DNA from: Chrysemys picta bellii
Lineage: Eukaryota
Length of the DNA stretch: 64,000 bases
Assembly (NCBI RefSeq): GCF_011386835.1
Contig: NC_088791.1
Location: 203,174,001 to 203,238,000, forward strand
Direction of reading: 5' to 3'
The position numbers were made by a program, and so were the translations under genes. The notes under the pieces were generated by a model. The model had not been told where the DNA came from. It did no database searches and saw only the letters and a list, made by a program, of their open reading frames with translations. Positions 1-11,800 of the stretch are shown one piece after another; the stretch's first letter is position 1; each line of letters begins with the position of its first letter.

Positions 1-156
1 AGTGAGCATTGTACACTTCGTATTCTGTGGTGTAATTCAAACCAATATATTTGAAAATGTAGAAAACATCCAAAAATATTTAACTAAATGGTATTCTATT
101 ATTGTTTAACAGTCCGATCAATCACGATTAATTTTTTTAATCGCTTGACAGCCCTA
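1..156. mobile_element. Right end of a non-autonomous hAT DNA transposon (continues left of the window)
   Basis: Ends in ...ttaatcgcttgacagcccta, the reverse complement of a TAGGGCTGTCAAGCGATTAA-type hAT terminus recalled as common in turtles; no partner TIR in the window. Confidence 0.65.
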
Positions 157-210
157 GTTGTGATAAGACTTTTGTTTTTATTTTCCACCAAAGAGAAAGA
201 AGGGTGAATA

Positions 211-535
211 CAATAGAACTTCAGAGTTATGAACTGACCAGTCAATTACACACCTCATTTGGAAGTGGAAGTACACAATCAGGCAGTAGCAGAGATGACC
301 CCCTCCCCTCCAAAAGCGAATACAGTACAGTACTGTGCTAAATGTAAACTATTAAAAAAAATTAAGAGAAAGGAGCATTTTTCTTTTGCATTGTAAAGTT
401 TCAAAACTGTATTAAGTCAATGTTCAGTTGTAAACTTTTGAAGAACAACCATAATGTTTTGTTCAGAGTTACAGAACATGTCAGAGTTACGAACAACCTC
501 CATTTCCGAGGTGTCTGTAACTCTGAGGTCTACTG
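211..535. mobile_element. Tigger/Tc1-mariner-type MITE
   Basis: Imperfect TIRs caatagaacttcagagtta (211) and taactctgaggtctactg (to 535), flanked by TA at 209-210 and 536-537. Confidence 0.8.
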
Positions 536-901
536 TAGTAAGTGTTAGTGCACATGAAAGTGAAGGTTTAATAATACTGGCTAGGGTTGGGCATAGTGGA
601 AGCTTCTCACATGGCTTCTTTAGTACTCTTCTGAGGAAAAACTGATGCTTGTGCCAATCTATGTAGGGTAGTTTAATGTTGTGAAGAAAGCTTCCCCTAA
701 GCACCATAATGAGATTCCTCATCTACTTTTCACTCATGTTAATTTATTGTAACAGTAACGTAGAAATATGAACATTGTGTTAGATACCACTTGTGGATAT
801 TGTAATTATCTAAAAACAAGCATTATCAACCCAGGAAATTCAGAGTTATGCTTAGATATAAAAGAAGTCCAAACAAATTAACGGTTCAAATACGAATCAA
901 A

Positions 902-1385
902 ATACTCAAAAACCAGTGGGAGAACACTTTAACCTGTCTGGTCATTCAGTGACAGACCTGCGGGTGGCTATATTACAACAGAAAAACTTCAAAAACAGAC
1001 TCCAACGAGAGACTGCTGAGCTAGAATTGATATGCAAACTAGACACAATCAACTCCGGTTTGAATAAGGACTGGGAATGGCTGAGCCATTACAAACATTG
1101 AATCTATCTCCCCTTGTAAGTATTCTCACACTTCTTAACTGTCTGTACTGGGCTAGCTTGATTATCACTTCAAAAGTTTTTTTTTTCTCTTAATTAATTG
1201 GCCTCTCAGAGTTGGTAAGACAACTCCCACCTGTTTATGCTCTCTGTATGTGTGTATATATATCTCCTCAATATATGTTCCATTCTATATGCATCCGAAG
1301 AAGTGGGCTGTAGTCCACGAAAGCTTATGCTCTAATAAATTTGTTAGTCTCTAAGGTGCCACAAGTACTCCTGTTCTTCTTTTTT
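902..1385 (+). mobile_element. 5'-truncated Penelope-like element: GIY-YIG endonuclease C-terminus plus pseudo-LTR tail
   Basis: ORF 916-1101 GEHFNLSGHSVTDLRVAIL...RETAELELICKLDTINSGLNKD matches the PLE GIY-YIG C-terminus. It is followed by the typical tail gcatccgaagaagtgggc...gttagtctctaaggtgccacaagtactcc. Confidence 0.9.
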
Positions 1386-2735
1386 CAAACAAATTAAGGT
1401 ATAGAAATGCAGTAAGGACACCCAAACTAGCTTGACTACTCTATAGTAACACCATGAAGAAATTAAATAAATAAAATGTCTTTTAAAAATCTGTTTAGTC
1501 TAATCTGGGACTACATTCTCAAATGCCTTAATCATGATCCTATTGTTGTTATGATGGTGTCCGCATACTCCATTATTAAGCTCATAGGGCCAAAAAGGAC
1601 TAAGACAGGATGAATATTTTAAAGTACCTATTTTAATTAATAGAAACTAATGAATGAGTTTACTTGTACATTCTCAGAAAATTCATTCTGTGCTCAGAGT
1701 AAATTCCATAGTCTTGTAGAGGATATACAGTGTTTTTTTCATACATAACAAAGAGGTTGAATTTCTGCGTTAAGTGCAAAATTAAATTCAACTTCAACTG
1801 TGGAAGCATGACCTGTGACTCCATAATATCCAGTAATAATAATCACTATTATTACATACCAGAAACAATGTATTGAGAGCTGGCAGTTCACTGATCCTCT
1901 CTGTTAGAGTACATTTAAAAAACAAACAAACTCTGTAACATAATTCAAGATAACAAACATTCACTTTAGTGTTCTTCAGTGCCACCCACAATTATTTATT
2001 TGTGCAGCCCTATAAGAGTGCTGGGTACTATATTAGACCTACAAATAAAACAAAGTTTCTGCCCTGGGGAGTTTACAGTCTAATTCACAGACACATTTAA
2101 TCCCTCTGCCCCACAAAGTTAATGACAAAGGTGGAAGAGGGTTTGTATGTGCGTGCACATGGAGAAAGAACAATCAGAAAAGTTAAATTGGAATAAACCG
2201 TTATACGCTTTAGCTGTTAGGACATCCTTCCCAAATGAAAATTCCCTAAGGATTCAACCATGTTCAGATATGTCTTTTATTAACCCTAATGTAAATTGTA
2301 AGGAAAAAATGCATAACTTCAAATTCTGCTGCTAAAGCATTCTTCTCTTTCACCATGGGGTTTGTCACGCAACCCTCATTTGAGACATCTGGTTAGCATT
2401 GGCCTCAACCCTGGATAGGAGAAGCTTCAGACTCATTTCTAGTTGAGTCCTGACTCTCGTTGAACCCAGGTCTCTAGAAGTGAGAGGCTACTGCCCTAAC
2501 CTACTGTATTTATTATACCGAAATTCTCAATTACATCTCTGCGTAACAGTTCAGCGCTCTGCATATGAGAATCTGTGCATTTGATCAAATTTCTGAATGA
2601 ACATTCCTTGAATCCTTTTTCTAGCCTCTGCTGCAATGTAGTAATAACCCTGTGCACTTTTTAAAGTGTAATTTAAAGGGTGCAAGTACTAAGGTAAATT
2701 ACATTGGTTTCTTTCCTATTTTTTTTTCTTTTTAG

Positions 2736-2870
2736 TTTCAGTCCAGCTGTTCACTGTGCACAGAGTGGAAAAAGGAGATTTTGAATCATCACACCAACAG
2801 GAATGGAGAAGTTCACTGGGGAAACTGCAAACCTTGGCTTTGGCCTTCTAGCTCATGGGAACTTGCAAAG
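2736..2870 (+). CDS. CXorf38: CXorf38 exon 2 (135 nt, [45 protein letters not shown])
   Basis: Polypyrimidine tract plus tttag acceptor, AAG|gtaacg donor, phase 0/0. Confidence 0.95.
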
Positions 2871-5800
2871 GTAACGTAATTAAATTCATTGTTTAGAAGA
2901 ATCACACTTGGGGTCAGCTCATGTCCTCACTTTCATTCATGTGTGGTTCCATAATGAATTCAGTTTGGCTGGATAGGAGTCAGGGCAGGATTTGGACCTA
3001 TGGTGCAATCCTGGCCCTGTAGAAGACAGTGGCAAAACTCCCATTGTCTTCAGTGGGGGCAGGATTTCATCCCTGGAGAACAAACTGTTGCACATGTATT
3101 GTCCTTTTTTCTTGCTAATAGTAGACAAAAGGAAAGGTTTCAGGGGCTAACCTTGTGCTTTTCCATGATCTGAGCATCCAAGTCACTACCCTTTTGGGCT
3201 TAACCAACTTGATTTCATTTTTATTTCATCCTGGATTTGAAAACACATTGACTAGGCTTAAATCCAAGCCAGTGTATAGCAATATTTCTTAGTTCAGCCC
3301 AAAGAAATATAATGAAAAGGTTTTAGGAATAGTATTTGGTAATATTTATTGTGTTGTAAAGTTCAATGGTACCATGCAAAATTGTTGGCATTTCTGCTCT
3401 GCTTCCTGATTTGCTGAACATCCTCTAAAATAATCACTGACTGAAACATGGTCTGTAAAGTACTCAGTAATGTATCTATATTCTCAATGGAATAAATACT
3501 TGTAGTCTCACAGATCTCTTTAAAGAAATCCCTTAAAAGTGAAGCTCGTGCATCAAAAGATGAAGTTCAGTTTAAACTATTTAATTAAAAAAGGAAACCC
3601 CTTAAAAGTAGCAAAATAACACACAAACTTTTATACTAACTAGGCTACTTCATCTGTCTGAACCAATGTGTTGGTGGTAGTGGTCTGTGCAGGCAGGCAG
3701 TTAACCCAGGGTAAAGTCCCCATATAATCCCAGTGCTTCATTCTAGAGGATATTGTAGCTGGGTAGTGTTCCGGGAATAGGGGTGGTATGATGTGCTGGT
3801 ACACGTGAACAACAATGCATCTGAAGTGAAAAGTAATATTCCCCCTCCCCACCAAAAAAAAACTTCCTGGTTTTGTCTGCTATTGCAGATACGTGTATTT
3901 AAAATATCGTTTTCCCTTCACTCACTAATCTCCCACCCGAATGGCTGAACTTGCACAGCTCTGTGCTCAACTTGATGGGATACATTTGTTTGTCTGTAAG
4001 GCGATATCTGATGTGGCACTGAAAAGTTCAATTGCAAAATGTCAAGGAATGTTCTAGGCATTGGTGGGGAGAATATCAATTTTTTTGGTGAAAATCACAA
4101 AAGCAAAAAGGTGAAATAGGGGACACATGATGCCCTGGCATCTGGTTAGCAGACCTAGCAACTTTAATCAGATCTGTTCTGGTCTATTGCTGTGGTTCTC
4201 AACCTTTCCAGACTACTGTACCTCTTTCAGGAGTCTGATTTGTCTTGTGTACCCCAAGTTTCACCTCACTTAAAAACTACAACTTCAACCTCATTAACAT
4301 TCTTGTACGCATCAGTAAATGACATACACAATGTATTCGACATGCATTTTATCTGCACATCACGCTATCGTAAAATACAGTATATAGAGCAGTATAAACA
4401 AGTCATTGTATGAAATTTTAGTTTGTACTGACTTCATTCGTGCTTTTTATGTAGCCTGTTGTAAAACTAGGCAAATATCTAGAGTAGTTTATGTACCCAC
4501 TGGAAGATCTCTGCGTACCCCCAGGAGTACACCTACCCCTGGTTGAGAACCATAGATCAAATAACTGGTTGATGGCAGCCATTAACTCCTTCCATTGTAA
4601 CAATACCCCCGCATCTCAGTTCTGCCAGCCTCTCAATACAGTTTAAGATGTTGACATCCTGAATGACTTGCCTCCTACTCCATGGGGGTGTGGGGGGCAG
4701 GGGCAATGGATTCTTCCTAAAAGTGGTGGAGCTATGAGGCCCTGCCCCCTCCATGGCCCCTGGCCAAGCTGGAGCCGAGTTGGGGAGCCCGGGCCCCTCC
4801 ATCTGCCTGGGGTGGGGACACAGGCTTGGGACTGCTCTCGAGCCCCACCAACCCCAGGCAGGTGGAGGGGTGGGTCCCCACAGCTGCCCAGGCTCCCTGG
4901 ACCGGGCTCCAGCTTCTGATCTGGCCTGGGGGTGGGGCCTTGGGGGGGAAGAGGAGGGACAGGGATCCAGACCCATGGTGAAAAGTGGAAGACTGACCCT
5001 GGTGGGGGCGGGGGATTTGGATGCATAAATGGTGGGAGGGAACACAGAGCCCCTGGGATGAAGGAGGGAGTTGGAGGTGTGGGGTGTCCCTGAAATAGAG
5101 GGGGATAGGAGGGTGGCACAAAAGAAGCTCATGCGGGGAATGGAGGGAAGAGCTGAGCCAACACAAGCTTTAAAGTGTGCAACTCCCTAGTGATGCAGGG
5201 AAGTCATGAGTGTGTATAACTATACGATATGTTATAGTGTTCATTTAGCATTGTGACTTCATTGCAGAATCAAATAATCAAGTGGGGAAAGATTTAAGGG
5301 TTGTGAAGGAAATAACCATTTGCTTGAACACATTGTTAATTGGCAAATGTAGCAAGTGACGTTGTAGAGATTGTGTTCTAGTGTATTGCATTTACTTTAG
5401 GCAATATCATTTTGAAACATAAACAGTGCTTATAGGCAGATAAGGAAATCACACATTTGTGTACTTCCTGAAACCAAAAATGACATTGGTATCGTGCACT
5501 TTTGTTATGTAGGCGTATATGCCTCGTGGGCAGATGGATATTTCTGGACCAGACAAGTGTGATGCAGCTGCTCTTCTAAACCTTTTCAACTTTTGTGATC
5601 ACTTCAGTGGTATTGACCAGAAGAAAGTCAGAGAGGTAAAATCTACCAGACTATTTCCAAGAACTATTTTTAATTAATATATATTCTGTAAAATACTGTA
5701 GCTTGTGTGGTGGGATGGGTATGGCCGTCATATGACAGTGCTCTTTTTCTTCATTCTCCTGTTTAGGTGATTAAGTGCCGCAATGAATTAATGCATTCTT

Positions 5801-8800
5801 CAGAAATGAAAGTTTCTTCTTTATGGTTGGAAGAGTTTGAAAAGAAGATTCAGAATTTATTAAAGGAACTCCAGAATGTTCCAGAAGTTATGACAGCTAG
5901 TACAAGGATAGAAAAGGTAAAAGAAATAATTCTGATCTGTAGTTTTTTGTTATAAATTATAGGTATAATCCAGTACATTAGAAATCTGCAAGGACTTTTA
6001 AAAGTCTTTGGAATTTCACTGGGGGTTTATATTTTTCTACTCTGTTTATTTAAATGTCCAGTCTCATTGTACATTACAAAAAGAGTCAAATATCTTCCGT
6101 CAATGGGACTGTTCATCATAGGAAGCACTACTCTCCAGTGTTTGCAGGTTCTGGGTCAATGGTAACTCACCACTGTAAATCAAATATTTGCGAGGCTGAG
6201 CAGGAAACAGCCCTTTTCTACCAGATGTTTTGGCCCTGATCCTACCGTCCATCCAAGTTCTGTTTGGCACAAGACCTGATTGGTGTGGCAGAGGTAGCTG
6301 TATGCCACCTTTGAGCTTCCCCAGTCCCTGGACTGCTGGGCCATTTGTTCCTCCAATGCAACCATCCATGCTCCTTCCTCCAATGTACCCTCCCTCTATG
6401 AGGTAGCTACGCTAACCTGCGTGTCTCTTCATATTCATATACAGATCAGAGATTTATCTCGCCCTCCCCTCTGTACTGAAGTGACAGCATCTTCCTAACT
6501 TGCCCTCTGAATGCAATCCTCTATCTACTACTGTAAGCAACAGAGCTGAATCTGCCCCATCCATCTATCTTGTACCCAGTCTAGAAGTAGTTATTTATCT
6601 AATTCTCCTCCTGATGTTGGGTGAGACCATGCTACTCGCAGCGCAGATATCCCTCTCGCCTCTGTCTTCTACATAAGTACCAGCTACATGCCCCAGAGTG
6701 TATCATTCTTCTACACATGCTCTTGTCCTACCTGTTTATATCTAGAGATCATAGGGGAGTTGGGATGTTCATCCAACTTATTACTTCTTCCAATATTAAA
6801 TATTACAGCTGCTTTTCAGGAGTTTAAGAGGTTATATAGATCTGTGTTTACTTTTATATGTGGCTGCTGCACAATGTGGTGGGATGAGGGGATAAAATGA
6901 AAGGTTTTCTGCGCCACGCCACCTATTTGCCAACAGGTTTAAGTGGCAGTTGGGAAGGTGGTTTTAAGGGAATATTCATTTGAGGAATTGGTCTGTGCAG
7001 AAAAGAACTGAAATTGATCATGTTGCCTGATAAGTGGAAATGTTGGTAGGATTTTCTGGGCTTACGTCACTGTTACTATTGCTTATTTTCTGTTACTAAT
7101 CGACAGAATAGAGTGGTTTTATTAAAATAGACTTTTGAGCCTGTGACCGATGGACAATTTTCTGCAATATCCTGAATGAACTTTATAGAATTAAGCTACA
7201 CCTTACTGAATTAGGTTTACTACTTTTGGGTCCACTGTATGTGCTGTTGTGGCATTATATGCACCTGCTCTGGCAGGACGGGAATGCTAATGAAACTGCT
7301 CCCTTATCAGACCTTTGATGCTACCCCTTGGAGAGGTTGCAATATACTAGTTCAAACTGGATTCTCCAGGGACCAACAGGCAAAGAAAGGATTTTTTGAT
7401 AAATAGCCTGGTTTTAAACTGGCTCAGGTTCTGCTTCCTGATCCAGCAAATGGACAAGATCCCTCTCCACAGAGGGCCCCAATTCTTAGGGTAGGGCTGG
7501 AAAGACTGGGCCTGCTGAGGCCACGTAAGACTGCATACTAGTTCTGAGCTGAGGCGATGATGAACTTGTATCCAACAAGAAATCCTGTGGTAAAGTGTTG
7601 AAGGACTGCTCCTGAAGCCTATGGTGCAGCTGGGGTGATCTCTGGTAAACTTATTCGCATGCATGTAGCTTCTTTTATTGTTTTTAATATGTTCTCTCGG
7701 TAGTGCTTTTACCTTCAGAATAAAGAAGGCTTGCATAAAAAGAGCTGTGAGGTAACATACAACTGTTGACCATCACTCTTATCAGTCTCTGAAGAGAAAG
7801 CAAATAACTGTGCTTGGGCAGCTTGTCTCTGCTGGGAATAACACAGTGAAGATAGGGAACTGTGCAGCCTAGAAATATTCCATTCTGACCGGGGTGAGAC
7901 ATCGATCTCTGCCCAAGAAAGGCAACGGCTGGAACTGTAAGCCTGAAATGTGGGTGCTGTTGCTGGACCACACAGGGACTACAAGTGAGTTGCCCTCAAC
8001 TGTGACAAAGCCCATTAAACAAGCTCTTGCAGCAGCACTAGAGAGAACAAAATTATTTTTCTTTCATTCTTCCCTATAAGGGCTGTATGTAAACTCCAAA
8101 ACTGTCACCACAGCAAGCTGATAACTTCTGACACTCAGTAGGCAGTACCCCTAAATGTCCAAGAGATACAGCCTTTGTCTGTCCTATGTCTTTGGACCAA
8201 GGCTACAGACTGAGAATGGTTCTGAGCTGTTTAATTACACAATACAGTGTAGTTTTCATAGATGCTTCCTTTATACACATTATCACCAATCTCTACCAAA
8301 AGACTGACTTTTGTGTAAAAAAAGGGTAGAGAGAAAAGGGAATGAATGTGGTTAAAGGGCACGGTATAACGACCATCACACCAAGGGGGTTCAGCCTCTC
8401 ATAGTGTGAACAATACCACAATGGACACATTATTTCAGGCATCTCTTCCTCTCCCATTCTCCATCACATGGACCACCTCACCATCTTTTTTCTGTTGCAT
8501 AACACCCCTGAGGCAGCCACAGCAATTTCTTACATGAGAAATAACAGCAGGTGTATGGAAGTACATATTTATGTTTCTGTCTTTGGAATGATAAATGCTT
8601 TGTACTTTTCAAAAAGAGTTACTCACATTCTCTCCTTTTCAGGGTGGCTTCATTTAACTCAAAGCAATTTAAATAATTGATTTTAATTTTGTTTTGCATT
8701 GCATTTATACTTTTTAGTTACTTTCCTAACGAAAGGTTGAGCCTCACTGGTTGGGAACCATTAAAACATATTGATCTGCAACTAAATACAGCCTTTGTAC

Positions 8801-11800
8801 TAAACGTGGTACATCTTTTTTGCTAATCAAGAACATATGCTATATTTATACACATTTATTTAAGCAACTTAAAGAGCTTAACATACATTTATTCAGATTC
8901 TTAACACTTAGATTTTTTTTATTAGAAAATGGTGAATGGTGCATTTCTTATTTACTACATTGATTTTTTTTTTTCTGTCAAGCTCTATTTAGATATAAAT
9001 TCAATTAAAAAAGCATTTTTTTTTGTTAAATAAAACTATTTTAATTGTGCTGGATACATGAGAAAAGTTTATCAAAATATGTTTGCATTTAAAATGAACT
9101 GATTTATTAAACAAAAGAAGTATTATCTGTAGTTAGTGAATTGAACTGATTTTCTGATCACCATGTCCTTCAAGATTTTAGAACTAGTAGAGTCCATCCT
9201 CTCACATCTAGCTTTTATTCATAGATTGAAAAAGGAAAACAAGCTTTTATGCTTTTTCAACTCCGATCTCATCCCAAGTTTTCCTAACTTTAAATGAACT
9301 AATCATTGAACTTAACTAGATGAATAAACTGAAATGAAAAAAATATTCTCTGCACCTTTTATTTTTTTAAAAATAAATCTGTATTTAATGTAAATTTAAA
9401 AAATCTGATTTAAATAATCTGTTTTTCTAAAATCATATTTCTAAAAATTTTTATCCAGCCTGTTTCTTTTACTCCTCCCTTTGTTCTCTTCCCCCCCGCC
9501 CCCCCATGCTGCTTCTCCTGGTGGAATATGAGAGCCAGCACCATGTGATCAGCCAGCTCTGTATAGACAGCTGTTTAAGAACACCTAAATTTAATCGCTT
9601 ATGCATGTTGGAACAAATTAGCTGAAATCCTGAAATAACCATTTTATATGTACCCCATATATTCTAAATTATGGAGTTGGTGTTCCATATGTCAGTTTCA
9701 TGTGCTTAGAGCACTAGACCTTTAACCTGGTGCCCACTGCAATCAAGACATGACACCACAAGTGCTTGCTTTGTGGGGTTGGAGGTAAAAGTTAGCCTAA
9801 AATTCACTTTGTACAGTTATAGAAATGAGGAGCTAGAAGTATTCAGGAGCAATGCTGATAAAGATTATAGAAAAGTATTTACAGATTCATTTAATCTGAA
9901 CTCATTGCATAGTTAGAGTCCTTTATCACACTACTGAACCACAAAATGAAGGGCTGCTCTATTACAGTAGCATTAACTGGAGCTCTCTCTATGGTACTAG
10001 AAAGAGTGCCTTTTTAAATTTAATCACCTATTTCATTTTCCTCTTATAAACCAAACAGCTTCTGTCATCGGATTGGGCTGTTTATATACCAGGGGAAGAA
10101 GATCAGCCAGATGGATTGGAAGGAGAAACAGAAGTTTGCATGAGTGGGAGCCAAATAAGTGAAATAGAGATGGAATTAATAAAGGAAAGACTTAAAGAGA
10201 TCTATCTTCTGGTAGAAGAGCAGGAGATGCTGTCTGAAGAGGTACTTTTAAAATTAAAAAAACATAAAAGAAGACTTAACGTATTAGTCAGATATTTAAA
10301 GGAAAGAAGTTATGGCTCATTCTGGGTAATGAACAGGATTCCTCTTTTGCGTTTAAACCAATATTTACTGGAAAAGGGCTAGCCAAGTGAAGGCAGGCTT
10401 ACAGTTTACCATATAGTAAACTTGAAATCCCTCCAGGAGCATAAGAGATGTTCCAAAAACCTCCCACTTTAGTACTACATCTAGGCAGTTTGACGCTGGG
10501 ATACGGAATGGAATGTGACTGCCTGCTGAGAGCACCTTTCCAGGAACTCCTAACCTTCAGCATTGAAGACTGGCTAGTTGAGGTACAGAAGCTGCTTGAA
10601 AATGTGAATACTGTATACAACATACATTGAATTTCCCTGATTTAACATGGCAATAATCTGTGCACAAGATCTCTGATATGCATGTGTCCATATAGTCTGC
10701 TTTTCAAGATGTTCTCGTCCTCTTTTGATATAGTTATGTAACTCCCTTTAGCATTAATAGCAGTTACATATTTGCACCTTGAATAGAACAGTTCCCTTAA
10801 GCAAACAAGATATCTTTGCTGAATTTTCCCCTGCACATGTTCTATATCTTCTTTAAATTTTTGTCCTAAAATTGATGGTGTTATGTGTTTGAGTTATCAG
10901 AATTTCTAAAGGTGCATTTAAAAAAAAAAAACGTTTGAAGGTTTTTAGCATAAACTTTTAATTGTCTTAAAACCTGCGTCTGCATATATAGCTGAAGGAA
11001 ACACTGTTGGGAATTTTAATTTTAAAAAAGTTTTATTTAAAACAACATTTTTACAAAACCTAAAATTGCTTTTTTTTTTATTCTGATGAAAATGAGTTTT
11101 TTAAAATAGAAACATCTCCCTCCCATGTTTGCAAACATGAACATTGTATTAGCTAACAGAAACAAAATGAAACTGACTAGTCAGTTTTCCTTGTTGTAAA
11201 TATGTAAAAAATCAGAGAGCAAACACCACAAAAGGAGAAAAGTAAACTAGGTTCAAATTATTTTGCTTTTAATACTTTAACCTTTTGTTAGTAGCAGAGG
11301 TAAGGGAAGACTTTTTGTATTTAAAAAAAAAAAAAAAAAAAAAGTCTTACCTTGACAGTAATCTATGAATTTTTAAATCTCTCCTCTATTTAAGTTACAA
11401 GAAAATGTTAAAAATGTAACCTTGCTCTCAACATAAGGCTTTGCACGAGCATGCTGAAAGCTGTGACAAATTCTGTAGATCCTCTCCAGGGACTGGCAGA
11501 AAGAGGGTTAACACACTGTAGTCAAGACTACAGGAGCTTGCTGTTACCCTAGTGATTGCCAGAATAACTGGACTGGGCCAGCTGTTATGTATTAATTTCC
11601 CAGGATACTAATAAGAGGGAGGTACTCCCAGGTGCTGTTGAGTGCCATGCACCAGGAGCAAAACCTTCCTTCCAGGCAAAGAGAAGAGGAACATGCTATC
11701 TAAAAACCCTTTCTTGTTTTAAAACAAGACTGAAACCATGGCTGCACAAAGCCTTTTTGAGCTCCAAGTAAGCCTTAACTGGGGGAAGGATTGTTTACTT

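Noticed and set aside
4557-5166. Cluster of 83-191 aa overlapping ORFs
   Set aside because: Low-complexity products from a GC-rich repeat; no domain or splice support.
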